Shown in pieces: positions 52,854 through 64,000 of a stretch of 64,000 bases of DNA; the first letter of the stretch is position 1, and each line of letters starts with the position of its first letter. Source of the stretch: Octopus vulgaris (lineage: Eukaryota). The notes beneath the pieces were generated by a model that searched no databases, was not told the origin of the DNA, and worked only from the letters and a program-made list of their open reading frames with translations. Location of the stretch: assembly GCA_951406725.2 (NCBI GenBank), contig OX597814.1, positions 166,222,001 to 166,286,000 on the forward strand, in the 5' to 3' direction. The translations under genes were made by a program, and so were the position numbers.

Positions 52854-54098
52854 CTACAATGAAAAAGTAAAATCAGAAGACATTTTGAATTTATTAATTT
52901 TTTCATAGTTATTATCACTAATTATCATTATCAAATATTATTATTAGGAGCAGAGAAGTGGTATGGATTGGTTGAATCACTAGGGCATTGGACAAAATAC
53001 CTTGCAGTATTTACTTATTGCTCTTTAAGTTTTGAGTTCCATGGAGGTCAGTTTTGCATTTCATAAAGTACCAATCAAGTACTGAGTTTGATGTAATTAA
53101 CTAACCCCCTCTACTCCAAACTGATGTTCTTGTGCCTAATCTAAAAACAATATTAACAGTAAGGAATCAGTAGAAGTGGCAAACCATCAGACTAACCACC
53201 TTAAAGTATTTAGTTCTATTGCTTTATATTTCAAATAAATTTTTTTATCTGTTCTGACTTTTCACCATGCCTTCCATGCTTCTGAAATTAATAATATGGA
53301 TTTCAAATTTTAGCACAAGGCCAACAAGCTTGGGGGAGCAGGGACGAATAAGTTGATTACAACAACTCCAGGACTAAACTGGTACTTATTTTATCGACCC
53401 TGAAAGGATGAAAGGCAAAGTCAACCTCGGCAGAATTTGAACTCCAAATGTAAAGATTAGCATTTTGTCCAACATGCTAATGATTCAGCCAATTTGCCAC
53501 CTTAACTGAAGTTGATAATATAAATAGCAGAGTTAATACAGTTGACCTTACTCTCCCAACAAGTTTGGAATTTTGTGCCAATGTATATTTAAATATATGT
53601 GTATTTCTAAATGCATGTATTTAGATACATATGCACTACATGGGAATTTCTAAATGCAAAATCTAAATACACATTGTGCTAATGTGTATTTACATTTTGT
53701 GCCAATCTGTATTTAGATACAAATTTTTATATTCCAAGTTCAACTTCTCAGATTACTACAAGCATCGGTAACATGAGTTTTACAAATGTTATTTTCACTT
53801 CTTCAGAACTTTCAAGCTTTACTTCAAAAAAAAAAAAATATTACTCAGAGTTCAGTTCATGTAAGACTCAAATTTGTCCATCTCTTTGTGATAGTGATTT
53901 GAAATGGGAACATAAAGTGGAATCTGCTTTTCTTTGACTGTGGAACAGTCTAAACCATGAATCACATGGTTTATCTATTACTGGATTCTTGTTGTTTGAG
54001 GGATTACACAAAGAATGTGCAATATTGCATTGACATGTAGAAAAAATTGATATAAACATACAATATTTATAATAATAAAGAAATTATGTAAGGCTTAC

Positions 54099-54167
54099 CG
54101 CAGGAATCAGATGACCGATACACATGCCGTTACTACATGTTGTGTTAAGGATACTCTTGTTTGGGAT
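54099..54167 (-). CDS. LBP/BPI-family exon
   Basis: tttcag|ATC...CCTGCG|gtaagc; IPNKSILNTTCSNGMCIGHLIPA, an LNTTC...CIG..IP motif resembling invertebrate LBP/BPI. Confidence 0.9.
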
Positions 54168-54591
54168 CTGAAAGAAAATCAGTATATTCTGTTAGTAATC
54201 ACTGCCACACACACACACTAGAATTATATATAAAACCATATTTAATATAAACCTTGCCAATAGTCAGAGTTTTGACATTAAACCTTAGACAATGTCATAA
54301 AGACTTTTACATAAGTGAATGATTAAAAAGTTTCCTTTGCAACCATGTGGTTCTGGGTTCAATCCCATTGCATAGCACCTAAGAGATATGCCTTCTTACT
54401 GTAGTCTTGGGTTGGCCAATACATTTTGAGTGGAATTTAGTAGATAGGAGCTGTGTAGATGCCTACCCAAGCTGGTGTAGATGTGTAGATGCCTATCCAT
54501 GGGTTGTGACAATCCAAGTCAGTCCTTATTCACATTTAGTAAAGGTTTCTATGGCTTGATGCCCTTCCTTACACCAACCACTTTACAGTGT

Positions 54592-54897
54592 TGTGGTGGA
54601 TAAAAGGAAGAAGGAAACTAAGATCATAGATATTGTCATACATGAGGATAGACACATGGGTAACAAAGAGCTGGAAAAGATTGAAAATCACAAGCTCGAA
54701 AAATGTAAAGATCTGATTGAAATTGTAAAGAAATATGGTATCTCAAGACGGTTACAATACCAGTAATTGTAGGAGCACTTGGAATGATAAAAAAAGAACT
54801 GAAAATTATTTGAGGATGATCCCTGGCTTACCATCCATGCAAGAAGTGCAAAAGATTGTTTTAACAGGTATGTCACATGTACTGAAAAGAGCATTAT
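54592..54897 (+). mobile_element. 3' fragment of an R4/Dong-like non-LTR element (restriction-like endonuclease domain)
   Basis: VVDKRKKETKIIDIVIHED...KELEKIE and PVIVGALGMIKK...IPGLPSMQEVQKIVLTGMSHVLKRAL remnants with frameshifts. Confidence 0.6.
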
Positions 54898-55171
54898 TGC
54901 TGTGAATTTTCTTTCCTTTTTACCCCTTTATTTTCTTTGTTTTCTGCTGTTTTTTTCCCTATTTAAAAATTTTTTCCCATTTTTTTTCTTTTTCTCCCCA
55001 CCCCCATTTTCACATAACTTTGCAAATGAATAACCTGGTGTGTTCATTTAAATGGCTTACAAATGTATACAGTGAGTTTCTTGGCCCTAAATGTCAGGAA
55101 GGCACTTGGCAAGAAACAGAAACAAAATTGAAAGAAGAGAATAATAATAATAATAATAATAAGATACTCAC

Positions 55172-55354
55172 ATTTTTTGAGGTAATGGTCATGCGAATAA
55201 TTTTGTTTTTGTGAGCCACATAGGCAAAGGAGTTAAAAAGATAAGGGGAAATTTGAGCTGCAATCATTGAAGCACCAACACTTGGAGGAATTATCTCCAT
55301 AGGTCGTACTGGCAGAGGACATTCTTCATGATTGTCCATCCAAAATACTTCACC
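55172..55354 (-). CDS. LBP/BPI-family exon (proline-rich hinge, start of BPI2)
   Basis: ttgcag|GGT...AAAAAT|gtgagt; GEVFWMDNHEECPLPVRPMEIIPPSVGASMIAAQISPYLFNSFAYVAHKNKIIRMTITSKN. Confidence 0.92.
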
Positions 55355-55399
55355 CTGCAAAACAAAAATTTCGCATACATATATATATCATCATCATCA

Positions 55400-55432
<33 letters not shown>

Positions 55433-56056
55433 ATGTATATTTGAGTAGAGATGGTGGTGATAATTTTTATTTTAATCTTAAAAATAATGTTTACAATGAG
55501 TTACTCTGATATGAGTTTTGAGCTTCAAGTAGCTGTTTTCAAACTGAAAAATGTATGTTTTACTGGTTGCTTAAAAAGCAAAAGATTCAGTCTCATGTTC
55601 TATCTCATCATTATCATTGTCATTTAACGCCTGCTTTCCATGCTGGCATGGGTTGTAACTAGTAATAGGGAGGAAATACTTTGGTTGCTAATGACAGTTA
55701 CTTTCTATTATTATTGGAAAATGTAAAAACAAAAAAGCAAAAACAATGATAAATATAAATATCTGTCTTTTTATTTGTTTTGTTCTTGTTTTTCCATCGT
55801 TGCATATTTAATTTATTAGATACTCAATAAGTCAATAAAGATATTGTAGGGTAACCGTGTATTTGGGTAGTCAACAAACTAGATTGTAGGTTTGAACTTT
55901 ACATAGTTAATTTAGATAACAGATGCTGTTGCTGGAAAGTTTAAAAAGCATGGTTTTCAGAGCAAAAATATTATAACAACTTAGTGATTAGATATGTGGG
56001 AAATGATAAAATCTATTGTAAGTAATAAATGATGAGTAAGGTCAAAAAGAAAATTA

Positions 56057-56621
56057 TTGGGTTGTCCGGAAAGTTTGTGCTGATTTATAGTAGCTTACAT
56101 TTTGACTTATTTTAGGACATGGTTGAGTCCATAAAATAGGATTTGACTACACTTCCATTTAAAGCGCAGTTTAAGCTATCTTTTCGTGGAAGAAGGTTTA
56201 TGTTCTTATAACCTGTGTTAATTTTGTAACCCTTTAAAATGGAAGATAAGAAAGTTCATTTTCGGTACTTGATGCTTTGGGAACCAGACAAAAATTGCTG
56301 TAGTCGGCTGTGATGTGTTATCCCACCCTCCATATTCACCAGATATTGTTCCTTCGAATTTCCACTTATTCAGGTCTCTGCAGAATAGTCTTAAGGGTAA
56401 AAATTTAAATTCCTTGGATAACGTAAAAAGATACCTTGATGAATTCTTTGCCATGAAAGCACCTCAATTCTGGGAAGAGGGTATTTTCAAGTTAAAGGAA
56501 AGATGAAGATGCATTGTGCAACAAAATGATTCATATTTGGTTGATTAAAAATGTAATGGCAAGTATTTATTGACCTTTTTCTTTCCTTTAAAAATCGGCA
56601 TGAACTTTCCGGACAACCCAA
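56057..56621 (+). mobile_element. Internally deleted mariner element
   Basis: TA-ttgggttgtccggaaagtt...aactttccggacaacccaa-TA; MEDKKVHFRYLMLWE joined to HPPYSPDIVPSNFHLFRSLQN. Confidence 0.92.
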
Positions 56622-56935
56622 TAGATTAGAACAAAACTGATCTAATTTTTTTTATTGCCATATTGCTAAGGAAGATTGGAATGAAAGAAATATTTAAAAA
56701 GAGCAGAGTGATGGGATTTACTCCTTTTTGTGTTCAAATCACTTTAAAGGTCTTCATTTTAAAAGATGGTAGAAAATTGTTGAAAGAGCTTTGGGTCATA
56801 ATCAGAGTAGAATGTGTGACTACATAAAAGCTTTCTTGCTTTTCTTGATGTGATAATTATCATGATATAGAGAGTGGGTGGGTTATTAGACTATTAGCCA
56901 TATAATATGAAAAAAAAACCCAGCAAAAAACTAAC

Positions 56936-57024
56936 CTTGAGATCAGTTTCTAAAGATGTGTTAATAATAGGAGGTTGTAATAAATCCACATTCAAGTAGA
57001 AACTATTCATGAAATGTATATTTG
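56936..57024 (-). CDS. LBP/BPI-family exon
   Basis: ttacag|CAAAT...CTCAAG|gttagt; SNIHFMNSFYLNVDLLQPPIINTSLETDLK; 89 nt, phase 1 to 0. Confidence 0.85.
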
Positions 57025-57178
57025 CTGTAATAAAAAGACACCCAAATCAGTAGAGGACATGAATTTAAACATATGTAGGCATTAGGAACAAATACCATGC
57101 ATGTATACAAATACACATACATACACACATATAAAACATGTCCACATTCACATGCTTGTCTCTCTCTCTATACATATA

Positions 57179-57350
57179 CAAGGGAGTGCTGAAAAGTTCC
57201 TGGTTTGGGGTAAAAGAAAATACAGGAGGATCAGTTGGTTATGATTTTATTCAACATATTCCCCTCTTAGATTCACACATTTATTGCAGCAGTACTTCAG
57301 TTTTTCTAAACCCTGTAAAAGAACTTGGAAGGTTGGGACTCCCAACTAGT
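57179..57350 (-). mobile_element. 3' end of a second mariner family
   Basis: TA-caagggagtgctgaaaagttc terminus; minus strand GLEKLKYCCNKCVNLRGEYVE*. Confidence 0.7.
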
Positions 57351-57354
57351 CCTT

Positions 57355-59500
57355 TCACTGCACTTATATCAATCATGTTATAGAATATAACCATAGGCCA
57401 TCTTCAAGTCATTCTTTTGCAAGTGTATATACTTACCATCTTATCTAGGGTATCTACTCCTTTTGTTTTGTTGTAACCTGTCATAACTTTAGGTTTCTTT
57501 TCAGCACTTTTTGAATCAATTGAAGGCTGAGAGTGCATTGTACTTATAAGTGTGACTACACAATCTTTCTTGGGACAATAAGATAGGATCATAGAATCCT
57601 TTTGAAATCCAAATATTGTGCTGTTGATTTCTCTTCCTTTTCCATCTGTGAAAGCACTTGGAAGTTCAACTGCGTTCTTTCTAATTGTTCCAACTAAAGT
57701 AGTTTTCTTTCTAAGCAGCTTTCAAGCCAATCCTAGACTTGTGAAAAAATGATCACAAGTTATATTGCAACCAGTATTTTTAAGTTCTTTTACTAGGTCT
57801 TCAACAACTCTTGAACCTTGATTTGCCTATTTCCCTTTTACTGGGTCTTTTCCAGTGCAAGTTTTCATTTTCCAGGCATAAGATGTTTCACTGTCGCATA
57901 TTGCCCAAATTTTAATTCCATATTTCCCTGGTTTTGAAGGAATATATATCCAGAATGGGTAGCACTCTCTGTTTGAAACTAATTGTTTATCAGCTGTCAT
58001 GCATGAACTTGGAACATATCCATCTTGCAAATTCTGATTCTACATTTCAAATACTTCTCTTGTGGGCTCCAATTCCTCATCACTTCTCTTTTTTCTTCTT
58101 GCACTAGTATCATCAAAATGCAATGTAATGTAAAATCTGTTGAAATCTTTCCCGGCTCATAATTTTGTTGAATATTGGGGGCAGTGGGGATCTTCTTGAC
58201 TCCATAACTATGTGACATTTTCATGTTTAGATTTATAAACACCTATAAGAATAATCAGTCCAATAAATTTCTTTAGTTCAGAGCAATCAATTTCCTTCCA
58301 TTCATCTTTGTAAACAACCTGACCTTCAACATTTGTCCATTTACGAATTACTTCATGAAGATTCTAGTGCATAAACATAGCAAAACATTTTTTCAATGCT
58401 ACCGCATGGCCTTTTAAGCAAAATAGGATGGTCCCCATTCTTCGTGCACAACATTGCAAGATGAAATTCTTACTGATGCTTGAGTAAGAGGATTAGAAAG
58501 CCAAACTTCTTATCTGTCTCTAGAAATATATTGCTCATTTACAATAGAACCTAAATTGTCCAGCACATGATCACTTTCACCATCATTTTCAGAGCAAGAG
58601 AAGGAATCACTATTACCTTCCTCTCATTCTTCATCTAATTCCAATAACTTTTACGATATTTGGTTTTCACTCAAGTTTCCATGTCTAGGCATATTGGAAA
58701 GCACAGGCATGGCTGTGTGGTAAGTAGCTTGCTTACCAACCACATGGTTCTGGGTCCAGTCCCGCTGTGTGGCACCTTGGGTAAGTGTCTTCTACTATCG
58801 CCTCAGACCGACCAAAGAATTTGTGAGCGGATTTGGTTGATGGAAACTGAAAGAAGCCCATCGTATGTGTGTGTGTTTGTGTGTGTTTGTGTTTGTCCCC
58901 ACCACCATCACTTGACAACCGATGCTGGTGCGTTAATGTCCCCATAACTTAGCGGTTCGGTAAAAGAGACCGATAAGATAAGTACTAGGCTTACAAAGAA
59001 TAAGTCGTGGGGTCAATTTGTTCGACTAAAGGCGGTGCTCCAGCATGACCACAATCAAACGACTGAAACAAATAAAAGAATAAAATATGAAACTTAATAG
59101 CATACTAAAAACAGATATTGCTCTCTCATATTAATACTCTCCTGAAAGATGATGCAATATATTGAAAGAATTGCGTCATCACATAGAAATATTGCATCAC
59201 CCTATAACCTAGCAGATTGAAGGTGATGCAAAACCACACAAATTTACAGGAATATTTTCATAATTTTTCCTATTTTATCTAAAATTCAGCAAACAATTGA
59301 ATACAATTTTATCTATTTTATATCTGATAAATATCTAGAAAAATATTATTTGATACTGCTTTTATTATGTTTAGAATGACAAGAGTATTGTCTGAATTTA
59401 ATTTGAGGGTCCAATGGACCCATACGGTAATTAATGTATAAAGTGAAATTTTCTAGCTTTTATAAACATACAGAAAATTTCCCATTTGACAAATAAAAGG
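57355..59500 (-). mobile_element. Decayed piggyBac (PGBD4-like) transposon, 3'-truncated, with a SINE inserted
   Basis: YIPSKPGKYGIKIWAICD, YNKTKGVDTLDKMV and RWPMVIFYNMID motifs with stops and frameshifts; likely 5' end ttaa-cctttt at 59500-59504. Confidence 0.85.
58703..59085 (+). mobile_element. tRNA-derived SINE inserted in the piggyBac element
   Basis: tggctgtgtggtaag...gggtccagtccc head, (GT)n spacer, 'ttagcggttcgg' body, A-rich tail. Confidence 0.88.
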
Positions 59501-59590
59501 TTAACCAATTGACTAATAAATAAAGTGCATGTTATTAATATTAGCATAATGACACTTCTTAGACACTACAAAATATAATAAAGTACTTAC

Positions 59591-59657
59591 ATGGAATTTC
59601 ATTGATTACTTTTGCAAGTTCTGAATTAATACTGCTGATAGTGCTGCTGCTACATAT
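59591..59657 (-). CDS. LBP/BPI-family exon carrying the conserved disulfide Cys
   Basis: cttcag|ATATGT...ATTCCAT|gtaagt; ICSSSTISSINSELAKVINEIP; 67 nt, phase 0 to 1. Confidence 0.85.
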
Positions 59658-60924
59658 CTGAAGAATGGAAACAAGGTAACATGTTTGAAAAGATGGTTGA
59701 CACATCTTGCTGAAAGATGTTCTTTTTTATGTCATTTATTTTATTTTATTTTTTATCTTTTACTTGTTTCATTATTACAGAAGATTGATAACAAAAATCA
59801 GATGCAAACTCTGTTCCAAGGAATCACTGTCTATTTTATGGTCCAATGAGAAGATCATTAATAGAATTTCTGAAAGAATATCAATATGCTTCCATGCTTA
59901 TACATACACTTTCACACAATGCACTTCTAAGGAAGTTAGGAGAGATGTAGTTTGGTTTGTTAGGGTAGGGTGTGGAAAAAGATTTATTGTTGTTACATGT
60001 TGTTATATCAAATCTCCTGCAAGTCAACATGAGATCCTTTGATGAGAGTGTTTACTTCTTTTGATTAAGACATCTTTGGCCCAATGAGTAAGCTAGTAGA
60101 TAACCCTTCATTTGAATAATTATTATTTCTGAGATTCTGCCCGTATGATGAAAATTGTTGAAAAACAATTTGAAAACAATTATTTGAAAATAATTATTTG
60201 AAAATAATTATTTGGAAAACAGTTATTCGAAATAAATATCATTTATGTACTTGATTTTTAATTTCTTCATTTTTGTTTAAATAAAATAAAAAATTTAGAA
60301 TAATTAACATTTCATATAATTGTCCTTTTTAATAATTTTCATTCATACAATTTTCCATTCAAATAAGTGTTTTACGAATAATTGTTTTTGAACAATTATT
60401 TTTGAACAATGTTCACATAATCAATTCTTTTAGTTATGAAACATATGTAGCCTAGATTTTATCTACTCCATTCCGTAACTTTGGATTTCTATTCACATAC
60501 ATAGCATCCCCTGTTAGATGTAAGCTAAAAAGCAATTTTTTCATCTTATTGAATGGAAACACTTAAAACCTTCTATGATAGACAACTATTGTTTCTGAAA
60601 GTTGTTTTTTTATACCTTCTTCAGACAACTCAAAACTTATTACCTTCCAACACCTTGTTCCTTGGATGCTACCTTTACTTATTACTATATATATATATAT
60701 ATAATTAATGAGAGATGGAAGATGGAATATACAAGAATCTTTATTGATCACTACAATTGTTTTGATCCCTTGTGGGTGGGGTACTGTACAAATGGTTCAG
60801 TTACATCATTTGGTTCAGATGTGTCTCCTCAGGTGATTTTCTAGAGGCATCTCAGATAAACCCTGTTTCACACAACTTGTTACTGCATGATTACTTTTTA
60901 GGCTTCGTTGATAGACTTCATTGA

Positions 60925-62195
60925 TAGGGTGCACTGAAAAAATTGTTGTCTAAATTATGTAAAAATAAAAATAACACTGACATCTCATATCAACAGATAT
61001 ATTTACCAAAATTACATAAAAATATCTTGAAATACTAAAGAGTAAGCTTATTCTTTAAAATTGCTGTTGGCTTCAATCACAGCCTCCAGATAACTTCGGA
61101 ATCTCCTGCAACTCTTCTGGATGGTTTCCTTGTTTAAGTTGGTGAATGCTGCCATAATCCTTGCCTTCAGTTCATCTTTGGTGTTACAAGGAGTTTTGGT
61201 GGTCTCTCACTCAACTGTGCTCCACACATAATAATCAAGGGGGTTGCAGTCTGGGGAGTTATGTAACCAGATGTTAGGAGTGATATGGTCGCATGACTGG
61301 GTTCTCCTGTTTGTGTGGCATGCTGCAGAGTCCTGTTGCCAGACATAAAGTCTTCCAACAGCCATCCTCTTGATCCAGGGAAGCACTACTTCCTTCAGGT
61401 ACTTGATGTAGGCCCCAGTGTAGAGACTGAGGCCATGTGGGTAGATTAATGGAGGCATAATGTTGCTATAACTAGTGATCACTCCAAACAACATGCTGTT
61501 GACTGGATGTTTGATTTTTATCACTCTTGGTACATGTTTTAGGGACACAGCAAGCCAACGGTTGTTCTGTGTGTTCGAAATTTTTCTTGTCTGAGAAAAA
61601 CCAAAGCATGTTCAGTTGGAGGGGATGCTTGAGTTTGTTCAAAAGCTTCGTAGCATGGTCTTTCCTCTTGTTCTTGATGGCTTGAGATAAAAATTTGGCT
61701 CTTTCTCATCTTGTATGAAGAATACCAAATGTCTTTATGCACTCCCTGCCTGATAAGAAACTCAGATACTCCCATGTCTCTGGTGATGGACCTGATTGAC
61801 TTGGAGGGATTGTTGTCAATCATGGCCTGGATCTCACCAACAAATTCAGGAGTTCATTTCTTATCAGAATTATCAGAGTTAGTTTTCTGAGCTGCCGTAC
61901 CTTCGTAATCACCATTAGACTCATCCAACTCTTTCCGAACCCTCTACACTGTCCTCAGATTGACACCCAAACACTCTGAAATATTCCTATTGGAGCTTCT
62001 GGCATGAATGCCAAGCAGTGCACCATGTTGTTTCCAAATTTCTGGCAGTTTGAATTGTGTCATGGTGCTGTTTTTCTCACAGGACAGTGCCCAACTGACC
62101 CTCCTATACTGTGTAGTCAACAAAATCAAAAACAAACAATGTGCATGTGTGAAATTAAAAATATAAAAGGGCGACAATTTACCCATCGCACCCTG
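60925..62195 (-). mobile_element. maT/DD37D-like Tc1/mariner transposon, near full length, pseudogenised
   Basis: termini cagggtgcgatgggtaaattgtc / tagggtgcactgaaaaaattgttg; VWQQDSAACHT and NSPDCNPLDYYVW motifs over several frames. Confidence 0.85.
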
Positions 62196-62546
62196 TATAT
62201 ATGTGTGTGTGCATTTTCATTAATATTTAGCAGAAGCGACAGAGTAACTCAAGGTTTTGTGTGTTGGCACTTATCAAATTATATATGTATATATCTATAA
62301 TTTTTGGTGATTCTGAGGCAAGTTATCTCACCAGGTCTATGACATTCAGGTGTCCTGTAAAACTCAGTGTGTAGGGTGTTTTCCCAAAATGCTATCCTGC
62401 AGCAAATTCGGCATATCACTTCACTGTGTATGTTTGATTGATAAAGTTTACATCACTTGAGCAGCTTTTAATTCATAATTTAATTTTCTTTCACATGTGC
62501 TATGCCACAGCACACTAGCAAATAGATTTCATTTTGTTTGCACATA

Positions 62547-63056
62547 CCATAAATCCTCGAGTATAGTCCACCCTTGAGTATAATACACAGGGGATTTTTA
62601 GGGGGCTATACCTCTGAAAAACCTAAACCTTGTGTATAATGCACCCCTTCTATAACTTGAGTCAAGGAGGTCTATATAACGTCCTTGGTTTGTAAAACTG
62701 TATACAGTAACATCCTTTATTATTATTGTATATATAACATAATGCAAATGTGTAGCTTTTTTGTGCATATTGTTTGCAGAAAATAAAGAAATAACAGTAA
62801 TAACGTTTAATAAATGTTGCTTACTGCAAGTTATGGATGATTCTTTTATGACTTCACTGCTTTCAGGCTTAGCTTAAGGTATTATCGCGCCTGACATCAC
62901 AAAATGCGTCTGAATAAAAATTGCCGGACAGCAAATAGAGACTCGGACATTGCTTAGAAGATATTTTTCATTTTTAACCTCATATATAGTACACACAAGG
63001 GGTTTTGACCATTAAATTTTGGAAAAAAAATGTGGATTATACTCGAGGATCTATGG
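62547..63056. mobile_element. Tc2/pogo-like MITE
   Basis: TA-ccataaatcctcgagtatagtccac ... gtggattatactcgaggatctatgg-TA. Confidence 0.8.
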
Positions 63057-63261
63057 TAAGTCACAGACCAGAGATTAAATTTGTTTTGAGATGGTCAGAG
63101 GACATGATATTGATAAGCCACAATAATAGCAAAATATTGATATGTCAATCTCAGTGATTCTGAGCCAAGTTGTCTCACCTGGTCTGTGACAAATAGGTGT
63201 TCATGGATGCTTTCCCACAGCAAATATAAACAACACACATACGCTGTGTATGTGTGATAAT

Positions 63262-63301
<40 letters not shown>

Positions 63302-63784
63302 GTATACACACACACACACACATATAGTTGAAATATATAGAAAAACAAAAGATGAAGATGGGTGTATGAACAGCAAGCAAGTGTATTAGTTTGATGCTTG
63401 AGAAAATGAAAAAGTCTTTTATGTTTCGGGCCTATGCTTTTCAACAAAAAGGAATAAGGGAAAATAAACAGAGAGAGAATGAAAAATCTTATATATATAC
63501 ATATACACATTTATGTATTTGTTTTGCAAAGATTCTTGATGTGAAGATGTATATTGAAACAGATATTGTTATCGTTGGGGATGGTAATTTACTTATTTTT
63601 CTTTTGCTAGTTAAAAACATGCAAAAGAACATTGATAGACGTATGAACTGAAAATAATATGAATAAAAACTAAAGTGAAGATGAAATAAATAGTGTGTGT
63701 GTGTTTAATTGGCAATAAATAAATAAATAAATAAAATAACTATCTCCAAGTACAACAATATATAAATATATATATAAATGTACA

Positions 63785-63828
<44 letters not shown>

Positions 63829-63925
63829 ATAATAATAATAATAATAATAAAAAGAATTTTACAACTTATTCACCAACAGGTGAGTATAATGAAAGCAATA
63901 TTAACAGAAATGTAAAAAATAATAC

Positions 63926-64000
63926 CTGGCTTTCTATGGCACTTCGGATTTTTGAAGCAAAACTGCCTTTAAATCTATTTATAATAAAAGCAGCTCCTCC
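63926..64000 (-). CDS. LBP/BPI-family protein, exon (end of N-terminal BPI1 domain; runs off the window)
   Basis: GGAAFIINRFKGSFASKIRSAIESQ|gtatta; aligns by eye with LBP 'WLLNLFHNQIESKFQKVLESR'. Confidence 0.82.

Noticed and set aside
58703-58780. tRNA gene
   Set aside because: The A/B-box-like head continues into a multicopy SINE body and forms no complete cloverleaf
60580-60630. CTGAAGA...GAAA on the minus strand
   Set aside because: Stem II is poorly closed and there is no stem I complement; not callable as a hammerhead

Overview
AT-rich, repeat-dense eukaryotic (animal) genomic DNA. The repeat complement suggests an Octopus genome (inference): CAT/TGA-tailed 'catgctagcatg' elements, tRNA-derived SINEs and CA/TA microsatellites. 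Most listed ORFs are spurious. Two convergent spliced genes were reconstructed by hand, with canonical GT-AG sites and consistent reading phases. (1) + strand: an ArfGAP with dual PH domains (ADAP1/centaurin-alpha-like), 8 coding exons from 4100 to the stop at 33023; the first exon lies upstream of the window. (2) - strand: an LBP/BPI-family lipid-binding protein, 11 coding exons from the window end down to the stop at 41730, with an unusual ~60-aa C-terminal extension. Introns and the intergenic spacer hold decayed maT/DD37D-like, mariner, Tc2-like and piggyBac elements, a non-autonomous Helitron, RTE, R4-type and Penelope (GIY-YIG) fragments, and many SINEs. The most notable non-genic signal is a set of minimal type I hammerhead-ribozyme motifs (31720, 48481-48540, 49143, decayed at 40282). 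Two of them sit in fold-back inverted repeats next to (TA)n tracts, as expected for Penelope-like element termini, and one well-formed copy lies in sense orientation in the last ADAP intron.
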